Shown: piece after piece, positions 14,028 to 29,665 of the stretch | Layout of the letters: each line of letters starts with the position of its first letter | How positions within the stretch are numbered: position 1 is the first letter of the stretch | Translations under genes and position numbers: made by a program | Notes under the pieces: generated by a model | What the model saw: the letters and a program-made list of their open reading frames with translations, nothing else | Told to the model about the DNA's origin: nothing | The model's database searches: none | Assembly: GCF_009914755.1 (NCBI RefSeq) | Contig: NC_060926.1 | Length of the DNA stretch: 64,000 nt | Origin: the human T2T-CHM13v2.0 reference genome, Homo sapiens | Reading direction: 5' to 3' (one strand)

Positions 14028-16104
14028 AATCTACACAGAAAATTGAAAAAAAATTTTCACAATGGTTAATGGTATTAATAGGAATAAATCCAGATATCTT
14101 AAAAAGAGAGACAGAGAGAGAGATAGAGAAAGAGGAGCTCTGAAAATAATTCATTAAGACTCTTTTTATCCTGAAATCCAAAAGAACATCTGAGCTTCCA
14201 TCATTCATCTTAATAGTTTATAGAGTCAACTCTAATTTCACCATGGATGAAAGAATAAACTTGAAATAACAAATAGGCAAAAAGCTATGGAGAAAAAGCT
14301 TACAGATTTATCTTAAAATTTAGCCTGACAATTTCCACCTTGACAGTTCGGTCATGTTTCCTAAAAATGATTAGCTAAAAACATTACTTTATAGTGATTC
14401 AATTGTAAGACTTTCTGAAGAACAAATCAAGACTATTTAGTACCAGATATAAATTATTTTAGGCAACTCTTTTACTCTTAGTTTTATTAATGAAAGGACT
14501 CTCTTAAAGAATCAAGTCAGGCATTGACACTATTTTGTTTTTTAACTTCATCAGTAGTTAATTTGGACTTCACAGCAGAATGTACACTGAATACATGCTC
14601 TGAACGTGGCCTAAGGGACAACACTAACCTGACATCAAAAAGGCCTGTTCATATTACTAACATTAACACAGCATATTACATATAGAAGGTGATTCGTAGA
14701 TAGGGAGTAATGAACAATGATTAAAGTTTACATGAACTTCATCTTTCAGATACAACTAGAAGCATTTTTAACCCAAAGTTATCAATAAGGCACCATTTGG
14801 CATAGCACCTAAGTTTTTCCTTTTATACTTCACCTTAAAAAGCTTGCTGTTGACTACAAAGATGTTGAAAATATAAAAATATAAAAATAATAAGAAATGT
14901 CTCAATAGTTTGCATGTCTAGTTGATCATTTTAATGTGCACCTAATACTAATTTTAACCATACACTTAATAAAATGATCCAAACTCATAAATGTATTATT
15001 CCCTTTCCATTCCAATAACTCTGTTTTTAAATAGTTTGCAAACACCTAACTGACAAATTCCTGAAGCTGCCTGAGAGTCATGAACCACTTGTACCCCTTC
15101 CCAATTTATTCACTTATTTATTCATTTATTCATTATTTCTACTTAAAAATAAAAAATGTGTTGGTCAAGGAGTTTTATATATATATAGTTCTATTAATTC
15201 ACCAAATTACTAAAGCCATCTTTACCAATCAAAAGTTACTCTAAATTTGTTACATTAGAAGTTCACATTTCCAAATCACAGAAGATTTACTAATTATTAG
15301 TCTAGATATAGTATAAATATTTTGGCTTCCACTTTTTGCCATTTATTTAAATCTAATTAAATGCTCTTAATTGTATATCTCTAAGTTTACCTCTCAAATC
15401 AGAGAGGATGGAAAGATACTCTTTGCATTTAGGGGTATGAGGAATCCTTATCACTTTCTCCTCGATAGAAAAATCAATTTATTTCCTTTTCTAAGGCCAC
15501 TGCGAGATGCTTTTCCAGCTCCAGGCTCAAAGAGAGAGTGTTTCATCCCTATTTCAATGGACACCAGAATCAATATTTTCTTTAGGTACTTGCTAAAAAG
15601 TAGTTACATTAAGTCCCCACCCAGTGGTACTGGCCTTAGTCTTTTCTTACTATAAAAGAACATGGCTATTCCTGTTTCTTCCTATACTAGGGATCTCTTC
15701 AAACACAGGACAGTTAACAAATTGTCAGTAACTATTGGTAAACACATCCTTCCAGGGAAAGGCTTCACATTTATTTGCCTACATACACATATTAGGGAAC
15801 TTTTCTTATTTAGATATAATAGTGAAAATGTTTGTAAAAGGCAAACGTAAAAAAAGAAAAAACATAAAATAAAAATCTGTTCATTTTAATGAAATGCATT
15901 ATGTCCCCTAATCTGCCAGGATGGATCTTGTCTATGTAAACAAATTTCATAGTGACTTTCACCTTCTTCAAGATACTTACTAGGAAGTATCTTAAAGGCA
16001 ATGAATATAACTCTTCTACATAAAATTCTGTACATAGTAGAGTGGATAGACATTAGCTACTAACAAATATTTGCTGGCAAAAAGCTAGAGCAAACATTCA
16101 AAGC

Positions 16105-16290
16105 ATTTTTTTATTTTTATTTTTTAATTAATCTATTTTTTTTGAGACAGAGTCTTACTCTATTGCCCAGGCTGGAAGGCAGTAGCATGATCTCGACTCA
16201 CTGCAACCTCCACCTCCTGGGTTCAAGCAATCCTCCCTCCTCAGCCTCCCAAGTAGCTATGACTACAGGTGCTCACTGCCACGCCAGGCT

Positions 16291-16324
<34 letters not shown>

Positions 16325-16432
16325 TAGAGATGGGGTTTCACCATGTTGGCTAGGCTGGTCTCAAACTCCTGACCTCAGGTGATCCACCCACGTCGGCCTC
16401 CCAAAGTGTTGGGATTACAGGCATGAGCCACC
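16105..16432 (-). mobile_element. Full-length Alu with expanded central A-linker
   Basis: Reverse-complement Alu. T30 run at about 16293-16322. Confidence 0.96.
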
Positions 16433-16434
16433 AG

Positions 16435-16616
16435 AGTGTTCTCTGTATTAGGCTGCCCAGTCCTGTTTTTGTATGACTCTCTATCTAAGAATTAGAAAAA
16501 GGTTTCTCTTTTTAATAAATAAAACAAAAAGAAGAATATATAACGAAGAGTGTATGCGGCCAGCAAAGCCTAAAATATTTATGTGGTCCATTACCGAAAA
16601 AGTTTGCCAATCTCCA
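16435..16616 (+). mobile_element. MER58-like hAT-Charlie remnant
   Basis: ...gcaaagcctaaaatatttatgtggtccattaccgaaaaagtttgccaatctc is the typical MER58 end. Confidence 0.75.
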
Positions 16617-17479
16617 TTTTACAGTACAGACCCTTTGCCTAATATATGTGCCTACTATATACAGGGTATTAGATTTCCAGAGAAGGGAACTAAAAAAAGA
16701 AATAATTTTGACTTTTCTTCCTGAGTCCTATAGGCTGAAGGCTATATCTGGGATAGAAAGGGATTAATATTTCCAAAATACTTAAAATGTGTTTTCCTCT
16801 TCATCAAATCTGAATCAAACAGTCTGTATTAAAAGTGAAAAGTATATTGCCCTGTATCTTTAATATGGATAAGGGCACCAGAGTTGTGCCCTTTTTTAGC
16901 CAAAATGTAGTTATGAAGAAAGAGGCTTCTTTAATAGATGTTAACAAATCAAGTCAGTGACAAAGGGAATGTGAATAGAGAAACCGCTTAAAGAGTAATT
17001 AGTTTGTATTTACCCCAAATTTTATTTAGATCTAAAAAAAATTATCTCTGCAAATACTTTATAGATCTAGAACTCTTTTAGTTACATAACACTGTCAGTT
17101 AAATTTCACCAAATAGTTACTGGGAGATTGGACCAAAATTGCAGATTCAACATTTGTTAGTTTTCCTTTCTGCTCTAATTCCATGAAAAGACAGAATATA
17201 TACTTTTTAAGATCCAGAAGAGTGCTAGAAAACAAATGACAGATTTTGAGGGCTATCTTAAAAATATAAAACATACAGGAAAAAAAATGTGTGAAGTAAA
17301 TCTGTAGATTACCACAGACTAAAATTCACATGGACAAAAATGCTGTAGGTTTGGTAGTATAATAGTAAATATCACCAACATCCATGATAGGTATTCTCAA
17401 ACAAGGTTAAGCAAAAAACTAATGATTACTATACATTTAAAAAGGATCACCACTTTAAAAGAGCTATGCCAATTTCCAC

Positions 17480-18720
17480 TAAAAGAAAAATTTTCACTGA
17501 GAACTTACTGAGAAATGGGAATAAAAATTACCTATATTAGAAGAAAAACCATAACGGAATCAGACTTATCTTCAACGTCGGTTAATAGAAGAGTATGGAG
17601 AGATGGCTTCAAGCAGAAAATTCTGAATCTAGAATGTTTTACTCAAGCAATCCAACATCAAGTAGAATGAAAAATACAATGTTTTAAGATCTACAAGAAC
17701 TCAGAAATATTAATATCAATGAAACCACTCTGAAAGAATTAACTGAAATGTACTACAATAATAAGGAAAAAAGGATCCAAGGAAGAAGATAATGGAGAAT
17801 GAGAAATAGTCAAATAAAAAGATAAACATAAACAAATCAAAAATGTTAATTGAAAATACAGGAGAATTGAGATATGGGAGGCTGTGCTAAGCAAGAAATA
17901 CAGTTCAAAGGCATGAAGGAAAAGACTGATACATTTACCCATATAAAAAAATGAAATGAAAACAAAACTTCAAAATGAGGAAAGATAAAAATGTTTAAAA
18001 AGACTATATAATGGCTGATAAACATATTTGTCCCATATATGACTTACAAAATGTCAATAGCTAGATTATATAAAAAGATTCTACAACTCTCAAAGAAAAA
18101 ATGAGCAGGGATATAAACAGAAAAACACTACAGAGAAATTACAGAGAAAATGAACAAAAGTGACCAATAAATATATTTAATGACTTCCCATCTCCCCAGT
18201 AACTCTGTATTAATAGAGTTAATAAAGATTAATATAGATTAATATAATTAAAGTTAACTTAACATACAGTTAACTTTCATTTCCATAATGGAAATTAAAA
18301 CAGCAACATAATTCTCTCTCCATGAGACTGGGGCAAGCAAAACATAGTAATATTAAGTCGTGGTGAGGAGAATTAAAACAGAAGCTTTATATACTGGTAA
18401 TGCAAATATAAATTAGGAGAGACTCTTGTAACGTAAATTGGCAGTAGTTTGCTCTTGGGAATTTCATTTTTATAAATAAAAAATATTCGTAGATGAATAA
18501 ATGTATCCATGTGTGAGTTAAATATGGACAAACATATACAGAATATCCACTGCAACATTATTTTTTATAGTAAAAAACATTGAAACAACCTAAATATTTA
18601 CCAACAAGGAATCAGTAAATACATCATCTTCTATGCCAGAAAATACTGCGCAGATTTTTTTTTGAAAACACTGAATATTTCATGTGTTGTTACATTGTGA
18701 ATACTAAACATTAACATAGT
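17480..18720 (+). mobile_element. Ancient L1M/L1ME fragments
   Basis: A-rich, with degenerate L1 ORF2 3' motifs (gaaattaaaacagcaac, gaaacaacctaaatatt). Boundaries approximate. Confidence 0.6.
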
Positions 18721-21469
18721 GAGAAAAATATCTAATAAATTTTAAAAAGTTTTTCATTTATATTTTCCATTTCTCCTTCCACTCATATATCGATTTTGCC
18801 CTTATGCAAACTACATATCTGTAAAAATATCTAGGTCTTTTTTAAACTTTTTATTAGCATATAAGCTTTTTTATAAATATAATTGCCAAATATTCATATT
18901 TTTTTTCCAAAAAATCGAGATAGTGCTATCAAATATCCAAAACATAGGAATGGAAAAAAGCAACTCACAGAAAAAATGCTTATTAGATAATTCTATTTGT
19001 TTAAAATAAACACAATTGACATAGATATATATGTATATATGCGTAAATGTACAGAAAGTAAAATTGAAAAACAGCACCCTGAAATCTTAATAGTGCTTTA
19101 CTTTGTAGAGGATAATGAGAAAGCAGTAGGAATGGAGGACTCTTTTCCATTTCACAATACATTTCTATATGCTATTCATCTTTTACAATAAAAATGCACT
19201 TATGTGACTTCTACAACTAAAGGCATTCAGTTATACAAATTAAACAAGAGGAGAAAACTTTTAAAAAACAAAAACTCATTTTTTTCACTGTCAGTCTTAA
19301 CATTCATTTTATTTGTCATAATTTGAGGTTTTAATAGTTCTTCATATGTTGACTACTTATTAGTAAATAAACAACTTACTATCCAATTTTAAAGATTTTC
19401 TATTTAAGTTAGTACAATAATTCAATATAAAATAAAAAAGTATTAACAATAAAATAAAGATTGCACCCCACAAATCTGGATGATGTTGAAGCCATGGTCC
19501 TCATTTTCTTCTTCTAGATATTCACTCTGCTATTACATAGAGTCAGGCCAGATTAACATATGATTTGGGAAATGTATGCTCTTTTTCCCACATTCTGGAA
19601 TTGGAATTTGTGGTGACATATTTTGAACAATTAATGCTCCTAGAAGATCCTGTTACAAACTTAGAACAAAATAATAAATGGGTTATTACATCTGTGTGTG
19701 TCTAAAGTTTATTTAGGAAATCAGAATCTTACCAAGAAAAAGGCCTCAAATCAGCGCTTCATGACCACTAAAGTATAACAACCTCCCACTCTACATTCAC
19801 TTTGTATGAATACACTTAAGGCAGCTTCTAATAAAGGATGCATATGTTCTGTGTTATTTTGGAACATATACTGTCTGTTAGGTTGAAAGAGCTTGTCCAT
19901 GAATCAATAATAACTTGGAATCTGGACATCTCTTTGGAGATTAATGGATAGCTAAGTAGAGCTATTCACACCAGAGACCACTAACCCCCATTGGTCCCTG
20001 TCCAGTTTGTAGCAGCTGCAGAAAAGGAACACTACGAAACACAGAATTACTTTTTTGGACGTTATTCCAATGATCCTCAGCAAGTGTCTTTTGCAAAAAA
20101 TCAAAATGGATTAATTTTTTAGGCCAGGTTCACTATATTCTATTCAATTCAGAAAATCCATAAGTCTAAATCCGGATAGCTGCTATTGAAATGTTCATAC
20201 ACTACTCAGGTCTATTCAGGGAACTGGGATAGTTCTGATGCAACAGTGCTTTAATAAGATACAGATTCTTCCATAAGGGTCAGTGATAACTCCAATGTTC
20301 AGCTGACAAAAATAAGTCAGGCCTAATTTACCACATGAGTCTTGTCGGCGCTCCTTAGAGTTTATCCTGCCAAATCAATGACTATTCCTGTGGCATAAAC
20401 CAGATCATTTTCTTTTTAAGGTCTTAGTCATTATTTATTAACTCATCTAGTAAAGTACTCACCTTGAAATAATATAGACTTTAGATGCAAACCATTTACA
20501 TTTATTTTTTCCCCAAAAAGGGACTTGTGATGAAGTGAACAGTATGGCTTCATGGCTTTTACTACTATGACAAACTAGACAGTTTTGTTTGGACAAATAA
20601 GAATGCCAATTTTGTTTGGAAAATCAAACGAGAATGCTGTCTAAAGGTTCTAACCAAGGAGACAATCCATCCGTAAATGACTGTCAAGGTGAGCTAGCCC
20701 TAGACCAAACAAGGAAGAGGTTAACAGCTCTAAATCCCCTCTCCTGTTTAAATTCTTATTACCCTTAGGGTATCTAAATCAATGCAACCATGTGTTGTAC
20801 TGAGATATAATTCCTTGAGATAACTGAGATAAAACAACCGAGATAACTCATTGATATAGCAGAGTATTTACCCTAATGCTCCATGCAGAGAACACAGGCG
20901 TTAGCAGCTGCTGTACCTAAGCTTCAAATGGTTTTTCCCCAGTTTATTAGCTGTATGAGGGTGCCTAAATTATGCACCCTGCCTAAAACTTCAGTTTTCC
21001 TTTATGCAAAATAGGAATAACAACAGTATCTACTCTACTAGGTGGTTGGGGAGATCAAGTGAGATCACGGACTCCTGCCTTTACCTCTGCTTTATGACAA
21101 CTTCTCTCCTTGTCTTTCAATTTATTTATTTTCTGCCTTTCCCACTTTTTCCCCCCATATTTTCCCCTATTTTTCTTTTTTAAAAAAAATCCAGGAACTT
21201 GCGTCCTGAGAGATATTTTTCTTCTTTTGCTTTGATTCACTGTTTTTAGATATTCTAAATTGGCAAATTTATCCCAATTGGAGGGATAATCAGTGAGAAA
21301 TAAACAACATAGTAACAGAATATTTTGAAATTTATGAAGGTTTTGTTTTAATGTCTCCAAGAATTTACTAATGACAGTAAAATAAGCAGATTTTGTTCTT
21401 ATATAAGAATGAAATACATGTGTTCATCTCATTACTATGACTACATTCAATATTTGAGTGAGAATACAA

Positions 21470-22460
21470 TTGTTAAAGTTATTTATGAGATATAATTTAC
21501 ATACAGCAAAAAATTACCCTTATAAGTGGGTAATTATATGAATCTTGACAAACACTTACAGTCAGATAACCACCAATACAATCAAGGTATAAATAATTTC
21601 CAACTCTGTTCACCCTTGCCCCTACAACCCAGGCATTTAGCAATCAGCAATTGTTTTCTGTCCCTGTAGTTTTGTGTTTTCCAGAATACCATAATAATAG
21701 AATGATATAGCATGTAGACTTCTGAGTTGGTTTCTTGCCCTTAGTGAAAACCATATGAGATTCAGCCATGTTGTTGCCTGTATTCGTATTTTGTTCTTCT
21801 TACTGTTGAATACATAAATTGCATGGATGTACCCCAGTCTGTCTATCCACTAAGCAATTGATGGGAATTTGGGTGGTTTCTAAAATTTATCAATTATAAA
21901 TAAAACCACTCTAAACGTTAGGTACAGGTTTTGATTTCTGGTATGGATGTAGAGAAAAGGACTTACGTTTTCACTTGTCTTTGCTAATATGTAGGAGTAG
22001 CATTGCTTGGTAGTATGTTAGACTTTATCAGAACCTGTCAAATGGTTTAATGGTTTTCCCAAAACAACTTTATCATTTCTCATTCACACCAGCAATGCAT
22101 GAGATTTTTAGTTGCTTGCTCTACATACTTGCCAGTACTTGATATTGTCATTTTTTTAAAAAATTAGCCATTCTAATAAAGGTGTTGTGGTAGCTCATTG
22201 TGACTTTAATTTATGTTTACTAATGACTAATGATGTTGAGCATCTTTTGCCTTCCATATATCTTCTGTAGGGAACTGTCTGCTAAAATATTTTGATCTTT
22301 TTTACATTGTGTTCATTAACTTATCATTGAATTGTAAGGGTGTTTGTGTATTTAGGATAGGCATGTATTATTCAATATCAATTTGCAAACATTTTCTTCT
22401 ATCTCTTGAGTTTTCCTTTTATTTCTCAAATGCACCTTTGAAGCCCAGTGCTAAAAAAAT
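21470..22460 (-). mobile_element. L1M (MB/MC-like) 3' end
   Basis: gagatataatttacatacag...cattcacaccagcaatgcatgag...taatgactaatgatgttgagcatctttt, typical reverse-strand L1M. Confidence 0.85.
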
Positions 22461-24399
22461 CAATTTTTAAGAAGGTAAAAACTTACTTAAATTACTACTT
22501 CACATTATTTTTCCCTTTATAAATGTCAATGAAATATTATGGTCATATGTTTTTCAAAGCTTTTAGCTCATTACACTTTTCTTATCTACTTTCCAAAAGA
22601 GAAGACTATGCATAGTTAACAGTTCAAGCGCTCTTTTGAATTTCTTTGCCACATAGCTTATTCTCTAGGGAAGAAACACTTACATAAACATGTTGCTCTG
22701 AAGAGTACAGAGGGGAACCTTAGTGACACAGTTTTTGGTTCTGTCATCAGGTGTAGACATAGACTTTAGTTTCTCTTCTCTCTTCTCTCCATTCTTAATA
22801 CTTTTCCAGTTTGGGTTTGGGCCTACATTCATCCTCGAGTCCTATTAAACAGGAGTATGATTTTTGTTCTCCCAACTCAACAAGACAACGTCTTGCTGAG
22901 TTTCCTTTTCTCCCAGGAGCTGTTTCCCAGATCCATGGCTCACATGCTGGCCAAGGAGCTGAAGTGTCGTAGTGCTGCACTAAAAAAGCTTTCCCAGGTG
23001 GAGACCTCGCCATTTCTCAAATCTTAGCCTTCCTCTCTGGGATAAGTAACAACAGACAGAGCAAAGAATAAAAGGAAAACAAGCACTTTGGGAGCATCCA
23101 ATAGACCTGGGCCTATGTTCTGGATCTGACATTATTCATTTGTTTATTTACTCTTTCTTTAATGTATTCATTCATTCATTCAGCAAATAACTCTTTCAGC
23201 ATCTGCTCTGTGTGCCATGCTAGGAACTAGGAATACAGTAGTAAATGAGACAGACTTAGCTTTTTCCCTCAAATAAATGGCAGGTCTGTCATTTCTTTGT
23301 TGTCCTGAATAAGCTGTTAAGCTTTTTTGTGTTTCCTTTGTCTATTCTGAAATGGAGAAAGCAGTTCTTAGCTCACACATCTAATGAATATTATAATAAG
23401 ACAAACCAAAATATCCACATTTTAAAAAATAAGGTGGATGTGATGTTCTTTGTGGTCTTCCATACCCCCAATTTTCTGCAAAGGTGACCTCCTAAATAAA
23501 TTATACCTAAGGTGGAAAAGAAAGATCCAACTGCAGTAGTACCTCATCAAAATGGATGCTTGTGATGATGGAGAGCTGGTTTTAGCAAGAAGCCCAAGCC
23601 AGCCAGCTTTCTAGTATATAATCCTGATAATCTACTCAACTATGGTCCTACTGCAATAGCTTCTGAATAAATGCTCAACAGTTCAGGTTGCCTTTCCATA
23701 TATTTTCACTCCTATACTAGTGCTTTGACTAGTCTCTATAGTTGTCATTCACCCATCTATCCTCATTGTAAGCACACTTTGCATTTGTCAATGAGGCCTT
23801 TGCACTTGAAGGAGAAAAACATGGAAAATAGAACCAGAAAATAGTCTGACATCATGTACTAAATTTCCAGAAAACAGATTATCTAATATCTTGGGAACGC
23901 GATTCAAGGAGCACGTTCTTCTGAGATAAAAAACAGCTTTTACAATACAAGCTATTAAAAGGCAACGATGCAATACAAGCTTTTTATTGTTAACTCCATT
24001 CTCATAACTTCAGTTTCAATAAAAGATCCCATTAGAAATGCTTCCCCATGTGGCAACTGCTCTGGAATTTCCGCCATTATTTTCTAAGCATTTTATCTAT
24101 TTATATCATAAAGCTATAAAAGAAAGGTCTGGATCAACAGTGTGTACATATGAATCTTTTCGTCTAAAAGCCTAAGACTCAATCCGAGAGGGGATAATAT
24201 AAAACTTTAGAAGCCACCCAGTTTCTGTCCAATCTGCCATGAAATAAATTCAGAGACAGAAAGAGAGAGAGAAGAATAAACCTGGCTGTTTTCTATTCAT
24301 AAAGGTCTCCTCCAAAAGCTAGTCAGTTCTAACTAGCTAACAGAACTAGCAATAATGAGTTTATTTAGTATAAATTTTGCATGTGTTCTCTTTTATTCC

Positions 24400-24520
24400 T
24401 TAACTAGTAAAGTAGATATGAGCATTACCCACATTTTATAGAAGACAAACTGAGGATTATAGAAGTTAAATAACCTTGTCCAAGGTCATACAGGTAGCAA
24501 ACAGCAGAAAATATTTGAAT
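24400..24520. mobile_element. MIR fragment
   Basis: cccacattttatagaagacaaactgagg...gttaaataaccttgtccaaggtcatacag core. Confidence 0.75.
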
Positions 24521-26259
24521 GTAAATATTCTACCCTCAAACCTTTTATTAAATTATGCAAGATAGAACTTTGAAAGGCTAACACCCTCATCATTAGCACA
24601 CAGTAGGCATATAATAGAAATTATCAGCTGGTAGATCAGTGAATTTGAGGGCTCCAAAATAGGTTTAGTGCTTATAAAAAGCACAGTTCTTTGTAGACAG
24701 AACACTACCTATTATGACAATAAGCTGTTGGCAGGACCTGAAAGAAATCAGGGAGGGCCTTTTGAGGATTAAGAAGGTATAATGAAAATCAGGAAGCTGG
24801 TTTAATGAGAAAGAAATGCAATATACTTTGCCTCTCCGATTCCTTTTGTATTTGGTGTACTCATCTAGGAGCAACTCCGTTTGTTTTCTTACTGTCACTC
24901 TTTTTTTCACATGGCCTGGAAACGATTCATGTTTCTTTAGTGATGCATGGGGAGAGAATAGTTTATGCAGACAATTATAAAAAGGATGGATTATTGGTAG
25001 AGACTGATGGGTCAATATAACATATGGTGTTCAATGCAACTACATATCTTTGGAAGTTACTGACAAGTCTATAGGTACAGCAATATAAAGCAGATTTTAC
25101 CAAGTGCATAAATTTGCAGAATGACTATATTTTTTAATCACCAAAAGCTATGGACTAAGCCATCTCTAGTGACTTGTGAAATAACGTATGCAAGAAATCT
25201 AAATACAAGGACATACAAAGAGTAGAATAATCACAAATATATCAACAGGGAATTATTTGAAGCATACATGTATTAGGAGTAAGTTCTATTACACGAGAGA
25301 AAGGTAAATGATTGTTATAGGAGAAAACAATTATATATTGTCTATGAGAGAAGGTAGTCATTCAATATTTATATTGGAAGATATCATTAATAGACGATAA
25401 TCTAAGTCTTTCATTTTACAAAATGAGAATGGAGACCGAAATAATTTATACTGTATGCACATTTATATAGTTAGCCTAGGGCTAGTCTCAGTGTGCCATA
25501 CTGCCCCAAAGATTTTTCGTGAACTGAAAATTATAGTACTTTTTTATTTATCTTCTGTTTTAGGTTCCCTTTGATTCTCAGATATTTTTCTTTTATGTTT
25601 CTATTAACTCAGCCATTCACCCTTTCCCTTCTTTAGTCACTGCCTGACACTTGGTTGCAATCTACCTTTATACAATTAATTAGGGTGTAATTCTCCAACT
25701 TGCTATGATTCTTTTTAATTCTCAGACTATCATCCAAATTCTTTGTCAGCCCCACTTTAAAAGTTGCGAGGACACCAACAGCTCATGCTAAAATATTTTT
25801 CATTTCTGGTAAAATGCCATGTAAGTGGAATGCTAATAAAATTTTAGATTCCGTATAATAAATATAATCCATATAGCAGGCCATGTTGCTATCCACAGAA
25901 AGCTTCTCCACACACTATTTACATAGGATTCTTCACTACAAAAATCACATGGAGAACATCCTTTCCCTATTCTTTATCTAAGCTATTCCTTGGTAAGAGG
26001 AAAGGTTGATGATTATGCTGAAAAGGGGAACCCAGAGCACTTTGCAAATTTATGTTCTTTAACCGGCATGTATTTTAACCTTCAACTACTTTCTATTTTC
26101 CTACATTGACTATTCTAATTCATCTTTCCAGAACACTCACTTCCATTCCCAAAATACACACCGACAAAACCTAAGATTTTAGATTTTGTTTACCATGTTC
26201 TCTGTGCCAGACATGGTTCTAAATCTTCCATATTTATCATTCACCACATTCTTTCAAGA

Positions 26260-26370
26260 TAGGGATTGTCATTGTCTCTATTCACAGATGAGAATACTGA
26301 GCCTTAGAGAAGTTAAATAATCCAATCAGTCTTATAGAGTTGATCCCAGGTGGTGTGATCTTAGAGTCTG
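26260..26370. mobile_element. MIR fragment
   Basis: tattcacagatgagaatactgagccttagagaagttaaataa core. Confidence 0.7.
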
Positions 26371-27472
26371 TACAATTAAGTACTAAGTTTCATTAATAAA
26401 CAATCTCACACACACACACTCTCTCTCTCTCTAAATTTAATAACCTCCATCAAGGCTACATTTCCATTATATCTCACCTTGCATTTTTCAAGGAATACAC
26501 TTATTAAAAGAAAAAATACAGACTTAAATAGGGAGATAACTTATCCTCAAGTTTTCCAATTATACTTAATCACCTAGTCAAAAGCATTCAGCTTTGCATA
26601 AGTCCCTATATTATCACGACTTTTGTTTTGACAAGAGAAGAACATAGCCAGAGAGGCAGAACAGAATGTACATGCCAAGGATCTAGGTTTATATCTAGTC
26701 TAAAGAAAACCTCATCATAATCAGAGAATTGATTTTTAAACTTCCTCTTCCATAAGGAGAATTTCTAATTTAAATGCAGTTCACTACCAGAGAATGCATT
26801 AGTTCTGTGTAATGCATCCAGAAAATGTTCAATAAATATTAACAGATAATTACTAAAGTTATAGATAATATAAATTACACATGTAGTACACACATCTGAG
26901 TTTTTTAAAAAGCATAAATTCAAAATAGGATTTTAAATTATATACAAGAACAACAACTGCAAAATTAACTTCCTGAAAGGTACAGCAAGCACAGGATACA
27001 AAATAACCTGAACCTTACTTAGTAAACACATACAAACGGTGATGCAATTACACTGTTTTTTTAAAAAAAACTATTTTCTTCACAATTCATTCTCAATATG
27101 ATTTTCAGTTTTAAATACTAAAATCACTGACGCTTAAAGTGTCTGTTCTCAGTTTAAGAGAAATATAGGGTAATAACATTGAATATAAAAGATCATTTTA
27201 GAAAAGAAATACATATTAATGTATTTACACTGAGGCCTAAATTATCAACCAATATGTTGCTTATTATTAATTTCAGAGAGAACTGCATTGCTTTAGGGGC
27301 TGAGAAGGGGCCTAAACTGAGACATAATGAACTGCCAAGCTGAAAAGGATGTTAGAGGTCATTAAGTTACGCCTTATAGTTTTCCAGATGAGGACACTGA
27401 GACACAGAGAGTAGTTGGGACAACCCGAGGTCAAACCACAAATTAGTGGCAGAGAAAAGACAGGAACTCAGA

Positions 27473-27780
<308 letters not shown>

Positions 27781-29236
27781 GAGCTCAGAGGATCCTAGAC
27801 CTCAGGGTACTGTATTTGAAGATGGGACAATCTTGGAAGGTGTCAGTGAACTTTAAATAAATAGCACCCCATCTAGTAGTTTCTCTTTCAGTCATGGATA
27901 AATGCAACTGGAGACAAGTCTTGGCTTTACGCCGAGCAAGGCAGCTCAGAGATTCACAGCAATAATTCTTGTGTGACTAAGCAAAGGCCTCCACTGCTTT
28001 AAATCCCTGCATGCTTTAATCTCCAGCTGTCTTTCTGGTGTACTCTCTCAGGGTAGGGAGGGATCTTAAAGATAATAACTTTTAGCTTTGTAAAAAGTTC
28101 AGATGATTTTAATGGCTAAGTATTTACATAGGTTATCATTTTCAAAGTCCAAATGTTGGTCAATGAGGATATTATGGAGGGGAAAAGTCTTGCCTACGTG
28201 GAATATCTATGACTTTGATAATGAAGAGTGAGCAGGTTCTGCAAGGAGATATGTTGGAAAATACTGAGCTCCCATGACTAAAATTAAGACAGGAAATAAA
28301 TCAATCTCAGAATTTCTCAAAAGATGTTAAATGGGCAGTTTGCTGGTTTTGGGAAGTGAGAAGGGAGGTGGTAATTATTTTAATCCGTATTTTTGTGGCA
28401 CAATGCCACAAAGGTGTACGTATCATGCTTAAAGTATATTCGCTTGAATGAGATTATCATCTCATATCTGCTTCCAGGAATAGCTCAGATAGAAACTGGT
28501 GCTGGGGTTAAGGTAAGAAATGATGGGTTTACCTTCCCTTGTCAAACAAGCTTTATCATTTAGAGTAAGCACAAGGCCAGTTTAAACCAGCTTAACTTTT
28601 ACATGTATGTATGTATTTATATTTTCATAGAACTACATATTTATTTCTCACATATTTAATTAGTGTCAAAGACAGCAGTGATAATAGAAAGGAGCCCTGG
28701 AATGAAACCCAGAAATCTTGAGTTGACATCCCAGATCTGCATGTACCTGGCTTCTGCCCTTCACCAAGTCAATACCTTCAGGATTCTAGAGCTACAAGAC
28801 GAAAAGCTTAGACTTCCACCAGGGAAACCTCCATATTACATAAATGGGGGAGATAAGTAGGTTAGACTTATTCAAATGCAGAAAACTAGAAAATTGGCTG
28901 AGCTAGGACTCAGTCAACAGCCACTCTAACCTCCTTCTATATCATCTTCTACTATTGTAGAAGATGGAAAGTTAAAAACCATCTTTCACCAATTCCCTTT
29001 ACATTAGGATTCTTCACATGGCGTAGGTTTCATCAAACTCGTGAGGGGGGAGTAATCATTCCACAGCCCACATGAGTGGGCTCACACAGTGGTGGAATCC
29101 CTCTTTGTTATTGTTTGACGCCATAGGTTTCACGTAAGGAGAAATATGAGTCAATGACAATTTTTACTTTTTTTTCAATGGATCCTGGAGTTTAAAAAAC
29201 TGCAAGAAGGCACTGGAATTAAATGATTAAGTTTGG

Positions 29237-29547
29237 GTCCAGGCACAGTGGCTCATGCCTGTGATCCAAGCACTTTGGGAGGCTGAGCTGGAGGCTACCA
29301 GTGTGTAATCAATCCACATTATATTTAAGGAAGTGTGTTTATTATGTCTTGGCCTTCAGAAGTATTGCTCCACTTGAGCCCAGGAGTTTGAGACCAGCCT
29401 GGGCAACACGGCAAAACCCCATCTCTACAAAAAATAGAAAAATTAGCCAAGTGCAGTGGTATGCACCTGTAGTCCCAGCTGCCATTGCACTCCAGCCTGG
29501 GCAACAGAGTAAGACCATATTTGAAAACAAACAAACAAACAAAAAAA
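29237..29547 (+). mobile_element. AluJ-like element with a 78-bp foreign insertion and a right-arm deletion
   Basis: Alu left arm interrupted at 29295-29372. The right arm jumps from gtagtcccagct to gccattgcactccagc. Confidence 0.9.
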
Positions 29548-29665
29548 GATACTCTGCATAGAAATTAATCACAATTTCTTTAAATATGCAGGTTTTTAAA
29601 ATTTTTTGATTAAAATTTTCCAAAGGAAATAGCTCCAACTTTTAAATATTTGAAGGGGAAAACAT

